Of a DNA stretch of 64,000 nt, positions 23,989 through 32,247 are shown one piece after another. The stretch comes from Candidatus Latescibacterota bacterium (lineage in GTDB: Bacteria > Latescibacterota > UBA2968 > UBA8231). The notes beneath the pieces are model-generated. The model had not been told where the DNA came from and made no database searches. It worked only from the letters and a program-made list of their open reading frames with translations. The position numbers were made by a program, and so were the translations under genes. Location of the stretch: contig OZ241889.1 of assembly GCA_965203355.1 (NCBI GenBank), positions 2,880,001-2,944,000 on the forward strand, written 5' to 3'. Numbering within the stretch: the stretch's first letter is position 1; each line of letters begins with the position of its first letter.

Positions 23989-24017
23989 ATTATAGTTGTG
24001 GCACTATCCATTGTCAA
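23989..24017 (-). promoter_or_regulatory. Consensus sigma70 promoter of trxA
   Basis: Minus strand: perfect TTGACA-17 nt-TATAAT. Confidence 0.8.
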
Positions 24018-24019
24018 GC

Positions 24020-25039
24020 TCAGTCCTTCCTGCACAACTTGGTCACCAGCAGCTCCAAAACCAAATGCTCCTGGCGTCGTCCCTGCGATTTCAGACGCCA
24101 ATCGGCTTCGCTTAAGGCACTCAACCTCGCCCACAGCCAAGCGGTGGACCGACGCTGGGCCTGTTCCAAATACCCGGTCAGAAAGAATGGCGCAACCCCC
24201 AATTCAGCGGCCATTTTGTCGCGCGGTAGCGACTGATCCATTAGCCCTTTAGCCTTGAGCAAAAGCTGGAAGTGGCGGGAGACCATGGCTACGGCGCGAG
24301 TTGGCTCTTCGCCTTGGCTGAGAAACCGCTGCATCAGCTTTTGAGCGATCTTGCCCTGCCCTTTGCCGAGGGCATCGGCGAGTTCGAACACGCTAGCGCC
24401 GCGCGTAAGGCCAGCGACTTGTTCGACCGCAGAGGCGGTGATCGGCTGGCCCACCCCGACAAAACTGACCAACTTTTCTATCTCGCTGACTAGCTCCCTT
24501 GGCTTGGCCCCTACGTACTGGCTGAGTAGTTGGACAGCCGCAGACTCTATTTGCAATCCCTGACGCTTGGCGTAGCGCTGTATCCACTGCGGAACTTGGT
24601 TGTCGTAGGGGGGCCTAAATTCTAGCGCACACCCCTTGCGGCCCAGTTCGCGAAAAAACTTCCGCCGCATATCGACCTTTTGGCCGACAACGAGCAGCCG
24701 ACTGGTTTCCACCGGCTTTGCAAATACGCGCTCCAAGCCGCGACAGTGATCGGTCGTCAGAGCCTCGGCATCGCGCAGCACAATCAGCCGACTCTCGGCC
24801 ATCATGGGATAAGTCTCATAGACCTGAAAAAAATCTAGCACCTCTAGGCGTTCAGCCCTCAGTACGTCGAGATTAAAATCCCGCGTCTGAGCCGGCACCA
24901 AGGCTTCGATCATAGACGCGACTAAGGCTTCGCGCTCGTATTCCTCGTCCCCGTGCAGCAAATAAAAAGGCCGGACCTCTCCCTTGGCGATTTCGGCCAG
25001 TAGTGCAACGGGACTTATTCCTTTGGCTTTCTTAGCCAC
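24020..25039 (-). CDS. holA: DNA polymerase III subunit delta
   Basis: YLLHGDEEY, DFNL, YPMMAESRLIVL, EIEKL, VFELADAL; GTG start 25039 overlaps the upstream stop. Confidence 0.9.
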   Translation of the reverse strand: MAKKAKGISPVALLAEIAKGEVRPFYLLHGDEEYEREALVASMIEALVPAQTRDFNLDVLRAERLEVLDFFQVYETYPMMAESRLIVLRDAEALTTDHCRGLERVFAKPVETSRLLVVGQKVDMRRKFFRELGRKGCALEFRPPYDNQVPQWIQRYAKRQGLQIESAAVQLLSQYVGAKPRELVSEIEKLVSFVGVGQPITASAVEQVAGLTRGASVFELADALGKGQGKIAQKLMQRFLSQGEEPTRAVAMVSRHFQLLLKAKGLMDQSLPRDKMAAELGVAPFFLTGYLEQAQRRSTAWLWARLSALSEADWRLKSQGRRQEHLVLELLVTKLCRKD

Positions 25040-25235
25040 GATCGTTGCGTTCGACCTCTTCTTCGTCTTCTTCGTCCAATATGCTGTATTCGGCCTCGGT
25101 GACCCGGCTCGAATCAATGCTGCTGCGTTGGGTAGCCGCGCCGCGGCGAGGACCGCTTCTTAACTGCCGGTACACGGCGTAACACAGCAACACGATCGCC
25201 GTCGCCAGCAGCAATTTGAACAACGCGAATATCAT
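25032..25235 (-). CDS. Small membrane-anchored hypothetical protein
   Basis: N-terminal TM helix, C-terminal VTEAEYSILDE; coupled to holA. Confidence 0.6.
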   Translation of the reverse strand: MIFALFKLLLATAIVLLCYAVYRQLRSGPRRGAATQRSSIDSSRVTEAEYSILDEEDEEEVERNDRG

Positions 25236-25274
25236 GGCTTGTTCACCCCTTTCTGCCATGCCGGAATTGAACGC

Positions 25275-25303
25275 AAAAAGCTCCCCCGGTTATCGGGGGA
25301 GCT
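25275..25303 (-). terminator. Rho-independent terminator
   Basis: Minus strand: AGCTCCCCCG-ATAAC-CGGGGGAGCT-TTTT. Confidence 0.8.
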
Positions 25304-25332
25304 CTGCGCCGTGCAGCAAGCGGCAGACTCAA

Positions 25333-25788
25333 CTATTTTGAGGCTTCCCACTTAAGCGGGAAGGGTGCGGTCTTGCCAGCATCCTCCCATATTTTTTTTA
25401 AGTTGGCGTACACGGTGACAAATTCGTCTTCGACGACCGAAATGCTCTTTTGGGCATTGGGCACAAACGTCGGGAAGTCCGGCTCGACCAGCTTGCGCAT
25501 CGCCGCCTTCAAGGCCCGCTTCATTTTGTTGTTCAAAGCCCGGAGATACTTATCCTCTATCTCGACCTTCTCCAATTCGTCGTGCAAGGTCTGCATGATT
25601 TCCTTGACGTCGTGGGCCTGAGAGGTCATGCCCTCGGTCGTTAGGTACACCTGATAGCGCATTAGCTGTTGGCTATAGTTATCCAAGCTCTGCAAGGTCT
25701 GAATGTAAGGAGTCAGCTCATCTTTTTTACCTCCCCCGCAAGCCACAAGCCCAGTTACGAGCGCGGATAGGATTAGATTTTTGCTCAT
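25333..25788 (-). CDS. Hypothetical lipoprotein (helical)
   Basis: GGAGG RBS; lipobox LVAC. Confidence 0.75.
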   Translation of the reverse strand: MSKNLILSALVTGLVACGGGKKDELTPYIQTLQSLDNYSQQLMRYQVYLTTEGMTSQAHDVKEIMQTLHDELEKVEIEDKYLRALNNKMKRALKAAMRKLVEPDFPTFVPNAQKSISVVEDEFVTVYANLKKIWEDAGKTAPFPLKWEASK

Positions 25789-25832
25789 TGGTTCCTCCAT
25801 TTCCCAAAGACATTATTGCTGTAAGCCCCAAC

Positions 25833-26693
25833 CTAATAATCTGTTCGACAGGCGTCAAATGGATGGCGGCGGTGGTAGAGCACCGCGTTCAGTTCGCCGC
25901 CCAACAATAATGAAAAAGCCAGCAAGTACGCAGCCAGCAAGAGGATGATGGCAGTCCCGAGCACACCATAGACAATATTGTAATAACTGAACCGCTCGAT
26001 GTAATCCAAGGCAATGGCAATGACCCCGGCCAGCCCAGAAGACATCACACTCCCCGGCAACACGTCGAGCCAGCGCAGGCGCACGGCGGGCATGATGTAG
26101 TAAATACAGGCGGCCGTGGCGACCATGCCCATCACGACCACTGTGCGCCTCAACAAGGCCACCAACGGATAAAAGTGAGAGGAAATCCAATAGCCCCGCA
26201 GCCAACGCTCGACGTGTTCACCAAATAGGATGAGGTTAAAGAAAAAAACGAAAGAAATCCCTAAGACGACGATTAAGGCGAGCGAAAGAATGCGCCGCTT
26301 GTAAAAGGACCGATGCTCTTGCACACCGTAGGCTCGGTTGAGTGCCATCATCGTAGTGGACATGCTAGCCGACGCCGGCCAGATGACGCCCAAGAACCCG
26401 ACGACGAATAAACTTTGCGACGAGAGAAAGCTGATATTGTCTTCGACTACCTCCAGCAGCGGAACGGGGATGACAATGCCCAAAATTTCGAGCACTTTAA
26501 TGAAATCCTCGGACGATATGCCCAAGAATCCCAATAGGCCCGTTAGAACGAGAATGCCCGGAAAAATGGCAAATACAAAGTCAAAGGCCATGGCTGGAGC
26601 CGCAGTCGTACAATCATGGCGGTACGTCGCCACCACCGCATCGCGGCCAACAGCTAGGCAGAAGGCGGTCCATCTTCCAAGCGCGTCTATCAC
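25833..26693 (-). CDS. YihY/virulence factor BrkB family membrane protein
   Basis: APAMAF…AIFP, ALNRAY, YNIVYGVLG, LLGGELNA; GTG start overlaps the upstream TGA. Confidence 0.88.
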   Translation of the reverse strand: MIDALGRWTAFCLAVGRDAVVATYRHDCTTAAPAMAFDFVFAIFPGILVLTGLLGFLGISSEDFIKVLEILGIVIPVPLLEVVEDNISFLSSQSLFVVGFLGVIWPASASMSTTMMALNRAYGVQEHRSFYKRRILSLALIVVLGISFVFFFNLILFGEHVERWLRGYWISSHFYPLVALLRRTVVVMGMVATAACIYYIMPAVRLRWLDVLPGSVMSSGLAGVIAIALDYIERFSYYNIVYGVLGTAIILLLAAYLLAFSLLLGGELNAVLYHRRHPFDACRTDY

Positions 26694-27466
26694 GGCTGCT
26701 GACCCAGATGCTCCATGATGGACGCAAAGAGATGCCCGTTGGAAGAGAAGGCGTCTTTGCCGTATATCGTCGGCACCCCCTGCCAATCGGTAAAGGTGCC
26801 GCCAGCTTCCTGTAGAATCGGCAACAGGGGTCCGCAATCCCACGGATTCATAATGGGGTCAAAACTGGCCTCGGCTCGGCCGGTGGCCACGAGTATGTGG
26901 CCGTAACAATCGCCCCATCCCCGACGCAGCCGAGTGCTGGCGACTAGCTTCTGCCACTCCTGTTGGCGGCCTTGTTCGGCAAAGCTCGGCCATGACGTAT
27001 AGCAGATACAGGCCTGGCCTAACTCAGCTACCGAGGACACTGCCGCCCGCCGGCCATTCCACCAACAGCCCTCGCCCCTAGCGGCCCACACCATCTCGTC
27101 GAGGGCTGGCATATAGCAACAGCCTACATCAATCCCATCCGGCCCTTCCCGCGCGATGAGTACTCCGTAAAACGGTACGCCTTGGACAAAAGATTTAGTC
27201 CCGTCAATGGGATCAATAATCCAGCGCGTACCGGAGCTTCCCGCGACTTGGCCAAATTCCTCGCCGACAATGCCATCGTCGGGATAGGCTTTAGCCAACA
27301 AGTCCCGTATCTTGGCTTCGGCTTCGCGATCGGCAACGGTCACCGGTGATAGGTCTTCCTTCCTGTCGACTCGGACATCCGCTTGGAAGTAGCGCAAGGC
27401 GATCTTGCCCGCTTGCCAAGCCGCATCTACTGCAAAATCCAAGCCGTTCTGCAGCGACGCGCTCAA
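26690..27466 (-). CDS. hisN: Inositol monophosphatase family protein, probable histidinol-phosphatase HisN
   Basis: SPVTVADREAE, GEEFG, WIIDPIDGTKSF, WDCGPL…EAGG. Confidence 0.75.
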   Translation of the reverse strand: MSASLQNGLDFAVDAAWQAGKIALRYFQADVRVDRKEDLSPVTVADREAEAKIRDLLAKAYPDDGIVGEEFGQVAGSSGTRWIIDPIDGTKSFVQGVPFYGVLIAREGPDGIDVGCCYMPALDEMVWAARGEGCWWNGRRAAVSSVAELGQACICYTSWPSFAEQGRQQEWQKLVASTRLRRGWGDCYGHILVATGRAEASFDPIMNPWDCGPLLPILQEAGGTFTDWQGVPTIYGKDAFSSNGHLFASIMEHLGQQP

Positions 27467-28296
27467 CCCAAAATCTCTCGGCGTAGGTCGGTGAGTAGTT
27501 GGAGAGCCACGCGAATATCCCCGACTTGGTCCGGGGCGTATTCGCGCTCAATGGTCAGCGGCCCCTCATACCCTAAATCGCGTAACTTCAAAAGGAATGC
27601 CCGGATGTTGACGTCGCCTTGACCAAGTGGCGCGTCCTCATACCAAGGCTGGCCCGGGCAGCGCTCAATCGCAGCGTCTTTGCAGTGTACGCTGCGGACA
27701 AAGCACCCCACCTGATCCAATGCTTCTAGTGGTGGGCCGGCCTGATAGAGGATCATATTGGCCGGATCGAAATTGACCGCGAGATTCTGGCGATCGACCG
27801 CTTCGATAAAAGCGAGCAGTTCAGCGGCGGTTTCCTGACCGGTTTCTAGATGAAAATACTGGCCGTGCGCCCGACAGTGATCGCACACGGTACGCGCAAC
27901 TTCAACGACCGCGGAAAAATCCGGCTCCGACGCCTCCGGCACAAAACCCAAGTGCATACCAACGGCATCTACGCCTAGCGCAGCAGCAAAGTCCGCGATA
28001 GCCAGCGTCTCTTCGAGCCGGTGTTGCCGGTGCTCTAAAGGCACGAGCCCGACCGTTTGCTGGGCAATTTCCGGCGTGGTGTAATCATCGTCGGGAAAAC
28101 CGGCGAAAACCACGCTGATTTCAATCCCGGCCGCGGCGAATTGGGCCTTGATTTCCGCGGTTTTCCCTGCAGTGCGAAAATCGCGGCCCGGAGCGTGTAG
28201 ATGTACGGTGTCAACCCCTAGCTCCTTCACCGAATCCAAGCCGGCCCCTAAGCCCTCGTCGATCGAGGTAAATATGCCTGTTGCCCATTTATCCAT
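27463..28296 (-). CDS. Sugar phosphate isomerase/epimerase (AP endonuclease 2 TIM barrel)
   Basis: LETGQE, NFDPANM, HCKDA, LGQGDV, LTIERE. Confidence 0.85.
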   Translation of the reverse strand: MDKWATGIFTSIDEGLGAGLDSVKELGVDTVHLHAPGRDFRTAGKTAEIKAQFAAAGIEISVVFAGFPDDDYTTPEIAQQTVGLVPLEHRQHRLEETLAIADFAAALGVDAVGMHLGFVPEASEPDFSAVVEVARTVCDHCRAHGQYFHLETGQETAAELLAFIEAVDRQNLAVNFDPANMILYQAGPPLEALDQVGCFVRSVHCKDAAIERCPGQPWYEDAPLGQGDVNIRAFLLKLRDLGYEGPLTIEREYAPDQVGDIRVALQLLTDLRREILG

Positions 28297-28320
28297 TTCG
28301 GTTCTCTCCATTTGGTTGTA

Positions 28321-28363
28321 AATAAACCAAAAGAGGGGACAGCCGAGCCATCCCCTCTTTGGT
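28321..28363 (-). terminator. Rho-independent terminator
   Basis: Minus strand: CCAAAGAGGGGA…TCCCCTCTTTTGG-TTTATT. Confidence 0.7.
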
Positions 28364-28378
28364 AAATCGACGCGTCGC

Positions 28379-28534
28379 TTATCGCCTCGCGTCCCCTTCC
28401 TTTTCGTTGCGCCGCGTTCCCTCGGCTTGGGCAGCGTCCAAAACGGCCCGCACCCGCTGGCGAAAATTTTTGATCTGATCGTCTACCTCATCTATAGAAT
28501 TCAGCAGATCCTCCTCAACTGCATCTTCTGGCAT
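28379..28534 (-). CDS. Unannotated 51-aa small protein
   Basis: AGGAG RBS then MPEDAVEEDLLNSIDEVDDQIKNFRQRVRAVLDAAQAEGTRRNEKEGDARR*; lies between the sigma gene and a terminator; below the ORF-track cutoff. Confidence 0.6.
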   Translation of the reverse strand: MPEDAVEEDLLNSIDEVDDQIKNFRQRVRAVLDAAQAEGTRRNEKEGDARR

Positions 28535-28601
28535 GGCATACTCCTGCGACTATTGGGGAGCAGGGGAGCCTTGTGGGGGGGCATTTTCAAGCGCACACTG
28601 A

Positions 28602-29456
28602 CTAACTATAGGTGCGCAAGTGATCGCAGCGGCTGGGGTGGCGCAAGCGGTGCAGTGCTTTCTCCTTGATTTGCCGGACTCGCTCGCGCGTAAGCCCAAA
28701 GCGCATACCAATCTGGTCTAAGGTCATAGGCTCTTCCCCATTCAACCCAAAGTAGAGACGGAGAATCTCGGCCTCGCGCCCAATGAGCCTATTCAGAGCC
28801 GAGTCAATCTGCCCGCGCAGACAACCACGCATCACTTGGTTTTCAGGGGACTCTTGCCGCTCGTCTGGTAGCACGTCTAGCAGACTGTGCTCTTCTTCGC
28901 CGAGAAAGGGCGCGTCGAGCGACCTCACCGAGCGACTGCACATTAAGGTCTCCTTGACCTCTTCGACTGAAACATCGAGATGCTCGGCGATAGCTTCTGG
29001 GTGGGGGGCGTCGGTTCGCTTTTGCTGCAGGATACGGGACGCTTTGGATATCTTGTAGAGCAAACCGATCTTGTTCAGTGGCAGGCGGACCGTACGGGAC
29101 TGTTCAGCCAGCGTCTGTAAGATGGCTTGCCGGATCCACCAAACGGCATAGGAGATAAACTTGAAGCCCTTGTCTTCGTCAAAGCGCTCGGCAGCGGTGA
29201 TCAATCCCATGTTCCCAGCACTGACCAAATCTGCGAGAGGGACGCCGCGATTTTGGTATTCCTTTGCGACACTAACCACAAAGCGCAAATTCGCTTCGAC
29301 TAAGCGATTGCGTGCGTCCTCATCCCCTTGCTTGATTTTCCGCGCTAGATTGACCTCGTCGGCCGAGGAGAGTGGCTTGGATTGGGCAATTTCAGCCAGA
29401 TAACTCCCGAGGCAATCTTCCATATCCCAAAATGGAACTTTAGTCACACCGGCCAT
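28602..29456 (-). CDS. RNA polymerase sigma-70 factor, RpoD/SigA family lacking region 1.1
   Basis: LVEANLRFVVSVAK, KFISYAVWWIRQAI, RTVRLP, LTRERVRQIKEKAL. Confidence 0.93.
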   Translation of the reverse strand: MAGVTKVPFWDMEDCLGSYLAEIAQSKPLSSADEVNLARKIKQGDEDARNRLVEANLRFVVSVAKEYQNRGVPLADLVSAGNMGLITAAERFDEDKGFKFISYAVWWIRQAILQTLAEQSRTVRLPLNKIGLLYKISKASRILQQKRTDAPHPEAIAEHLDVSVEEVKETLMCSRSVRSLDAPFLGEEEHSLLDVLPDERQESPENQVMRGCLRGQIDSALNRLIGREAEILRLYFGLNGEEPMTLDQIGMRFGLTRERVRQIKEKALHRLRHPSRCDHLRTYS

Positions 29457-29528
29457 GGAACCATCCTCTTCGTTTAGAGTGGGGAGGAAAAGGAAAGCTA
29501 CACGTGCTTCAAGCTAAAGATTGTTTAT

Positions 29529-29557
29529 AACTTAGCCGGGGGTACAAAACCTGTCAA
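29529..29557 (-). promoter_or_regulatory. Sigma70-type promoter of the sigma-factor gene
   Basis: Minus strand: TTGACA-17 nt-TAAGTT. Confidence 0.5.
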
Positions 29558-29575
29558 GCCATTTCTCCCAAACCC

Positions 29576-30289
29576 CTAAGCCTCCGTAAGTGCGCTTAAA
29601 ACAGACTGTTGTACTGCCAGTAGGTGCTTTGTGCCCACAGCCGCCAAGTCGAGTAAATCAATGGCCTGCGCACGGGTAAAGGGACGCCCCTCGGCCGTAC
29701 CTTGGACTTCGACGATCCCCCCCGAGCCGGTCATAACGACGTTCATATCGGTTTCGGCGCGGCTATCTTCCTCATAGCACAGATCTAATAGCAGCTGGTC
29801 CCTTACTACTCCAACGCTAACAGCGGCGACCTGATCTCCCAGTACAGTGCCTTGCCGCGTCTGCAACGCCTCGACCAAAGCCACATAAGCCCCTGTTATT
29901 GAGGCCGTTCGCGTACCGCCATCCGCCTGTATGACATCGCAGTCAACATACAGCGTCCGCTCGCCTATTTGCTCCAAATCCACGACCGATCGCAGCGACC
30001 GACCGATTAGGCGCTGAATTTCACGCGCCCGACTATTGGGTTCGCGGGCCACTCGACGTGTAGAAGACCCAGGGAGCATACTGTATTCCGCAGTCAGCCA
30101 GCCCTTGCCAGTTCCCACCAGAAAAGGCGGTACCCCATCAACGGACGACACGGTACAGAGCACCCTTGTATCGCCCATTTCGATCAGAGCCGATCCAGCC
30201 GCCGTTTTCAGGTACCCCGGGAAAATCTGCACCGGCCGCAATTGATCGGGCCGGCGTCCATCGCTGCGCTTCCAGTTCGTCTCACTCAT
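29576..30289 (-). CDS. rph: Ribonuclease PH
   Basis: [45 protein letters not shown]. Confidence 0.96.
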   Translation of the reverse strand: MSETNWKRSDGRRPDQLRPVQIFPGYLKTAAGSALIEMGDTRVLCTVSSVDGVPPFLVGTGKGWLTAEYSMLPGSSTRRVAREPNSRAREIQRLIGRSLRSVVDLEQIGERTLYVDCDVIQADGGTRTASITGAYVALVEALQTRQGTVLGDQVAAVSVGVVRDQLLLDLCYEEDSRAETDMNVVMTGSGGIVEVQGTAEGRPFTRAQAIDLLDLAAVGTKHLLAVQQSVLSALTEA

Positions 30290-31109
30290 TGAGATGCATC
30301 CGATAATCAGGACCGTCCATGGGGATCGGTTGGCACATCTCTACTAGGCGCGAATAGATGCGGCCTTTGGCTAGGTCCTTGAGTCCATCAAGGGGCTGAT
30401 TGGTGGTCACAACGGTGAATCGCTGGTCGCCGTAGCGGGCATCTACGAGATCGTAGAGCATTTCTATTTCCCATTCGGTCCCCCGCTGGATGCCGAAGTC
30501 ATCTAGGACGAGATAGGGCATATTGCACAACTCTTCGAGTATTGACCAAGTATGGCCATAGCGCTCGCTATCGGCTGAATAGGTATCGCGCAATTTCTGA
30601 AAGTACGTGCGCGACAGACTGAGAAAACGGCCCGGCTTGGTCCAGCGCAACATGAGTTCGTTGAGTGCAATACAGCCCATCAAGGTCTTACCCGTGCCGG
30701 GATTTCCGTGGAGAAGATAGCCGCGCTTAGGTGCTGCTGCTGCTTCGATCAGGTCTTGGTGAATGCGGAGATAGACTGTGGTCGCTAGGTCAATGGGTGT
30801 CCCGTCTGGTGCCGCTATTCGGAAATCATCGACAAACTTCCATTTGTAGCGTTCGGGGATATCGGCTTGGCGAAACAGGCGATTGGTTTCCGTCATTTTG
30901 CGGCGATAGGAACGGCAGGGACACCACTGGTTGCGCGAATCGTCGTCCCAGTACTGGTAGGGTGCCCGCCCCCCGCAGCGACACTCAACGCATTCGCAAA
31001 GCCGCAGCGTACCATAGCGTCCTACCTCGACTATCGGATCGTAGTACAGGCCCACTCCACGACACTTAGAACAGCGCGGCGCGGCCTGGTCAGACGCCGG
31101 CAAACTCAC
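30282..31109 (-). CDS. DnaC/IstB-like AAA+ ATPase with Cys-rich N-terminus
   Basis: GNPGTGKT (Walker A), LVLDDFG (Walker B), [27 protein letters not shown]. Confidence 0.85.
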   Translation of the reverse strand: MSLPASDQAAPRCSKCRGVGLYYDPIVEVGRYGTLRLCECVECRCGGRAPYQYWDDDSRNQWCPCRSYRRKMTETNRLFRQADIPERYKWKFVDDFRIAAPDGTPIDLATTVYLRIHQDLIEAAAAPKRGYLLHGNPGTGKTLMGCIALNELMLRWTKPGRFLSLSRTYFQKLRDTYSADSERYGHTWSILEELCNMPYLVLDDFGIQRGTEWEIEMLYDLVDARYGDQRFTVVTTNQPLDGLKDLAKGRIYSRLVEMCQPIPMDGPDYRMHLNE

Positions 31110-31585
31110 TGGTGGCGCTCCTTGAGGACCCGGGCGACATCGCGGTCGGCCTGGCGTTGAGCCAAAACCTGACGCTTGTCAAACTGCTTCTTGCCGCGGA
31201 CCAATGCCAATTCCACCTTAGCTCTGCCGCGTTTGAAATAGATCTTCAGCGGCACTAAGGTAAGGCCCTGTTGTTGCGTCCTCCCCGTCAGCTTGCGGAT
31301 TTCGTTGCGGTGCAAGAGCAATTTGCGTACGCGCTCTGGATCGTGATTGAAACTGTTGCCGCGCTCGTATTGGGCAATATGCACATTGTACAGGAAAATT
31401 TCGCCTCTTTCAACGAGAGCGAAGCTGTCCTTGAGGTTAGCACGCCCGGCGCGCAATGACTTGACCTCCGTACCGCGCAGGACAATGCCCGTCTCGTAGC
31501 GGCCCATCACCTCGTAGTCGTGCCGAGCTTTGCGATTTTGCACGACGATTGACTCGTGCTTGGAGCCGCTTTCCATTTTGGCCAT
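31106..31585 (-). CDS. smpB: SsrA-binding protein
   Basis: NRKARHDY, GIVLRGTEVKSLR, RKLLLHR, RGKKQFDKR. Confidence 0.97.
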   Translation of the reverse strand: MAKMESGSKHESIVVQNRKARHDYEVMGRYETGIVLRGTEVKSLRAGRANLKDSFALVERGEIFLYNVHIAQYERGNSFNHDPERVRKLLLHRNEIRKLTGRTQQQGLTLVPLKIYFKRGRAKVELALVRGKKQFDKRQVLAQRQADRDVARVLKERHQ

Positions 31586-31656
31586 AACCGCCTTATTTCA
31601 CCAAAGAAACGGGCTTGACGACTGCAAGCCCTGCGCTTAATTTTTGCCGTTCACTT

Positions 31657-31743
31657 GCCGAAGTGGCGAAATTGGTAGACGCGCATGGTTCAGGACCATG
31701 TGGGGGCAACCCCGTGGAGGTTCGAGTCCTCTCTTCGGCACCA
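31657..31743 (+). tRNA. tRNA-Leu(CAG)
   Basis: GCCGAAG acceptor stem; anticodon arm CATGG-TTCAGGA-CCATG; long variable arm; GGTTCGAGTCC; encoded CCA; upstream TTGACG-17-TAATTT. Confidence 0.95.
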
Positions 31744-31869
31744 TTTTTTCTTCTTTTTTGTCCCTAACTATTTAATCTACACGCCCCGTTCCAACCCGCG
31801 CAAGGGACTGCCTATACGCACAGCAACCCTTGCTTTCAACATGTACACCCCTCGCGAAAGGATTGTTCT

Positions 31870-32247
31870 ATGGCCCGCTTTCTGCACACCCGCATCCGCG
31901 TCGGCGATCTCGAACGCTCGATTGAATGGTATTGCACCCACCTCGGCTTTGAGGTGCGGAGCCGCTCCGATAAATCGCCCGCTGGCAATCAGGTCGTTCA
32001 TCTCGAACTGCCCGGCAATGAACACACCTTAGAGTTGACCTATTCCGCTGATTATCAACTCGCTGTCCCCGAAGATCTCATGCACCTCGCGATCGCGGTT
32101 CCCGACTTAATCGGCTTTTGCGACACGCTGGAAAACAACGGGATTGAAATATGGCCTAGCGATTGGCGCGCGACTTTCCCTACCGGCCGCAAGATGGCCT
32201 TTATCGACGATCCCGACGGTTACGAGATCGAGCTACTTGAAGGTTGA
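31870..32247 (+). CDS. VOC family protein (lactoylglutathione lyase-like)
   Basis: FLHTRIRVGDLERSIEWY, LELTY, HLAI, AFIDDPDGYEIELLE. Confidence 0.88.
   Translation: MARFLHTRIRVGDLERSIEWYCTHLGFEVRSRSDKSPAGNQVVHLELPGNEHTLELTYSADYQLAVPEDLMHLAIAVPDLIGFCDTLENNGIEIWPSDWRATFPTGRKMAFIDDPDGYEIELLEG

Noticed and set aside
30282-31109. IS21 element (istB)
   Set aside because: No istA and no terminal repeats; the gene is coupled to core genes on both sides.
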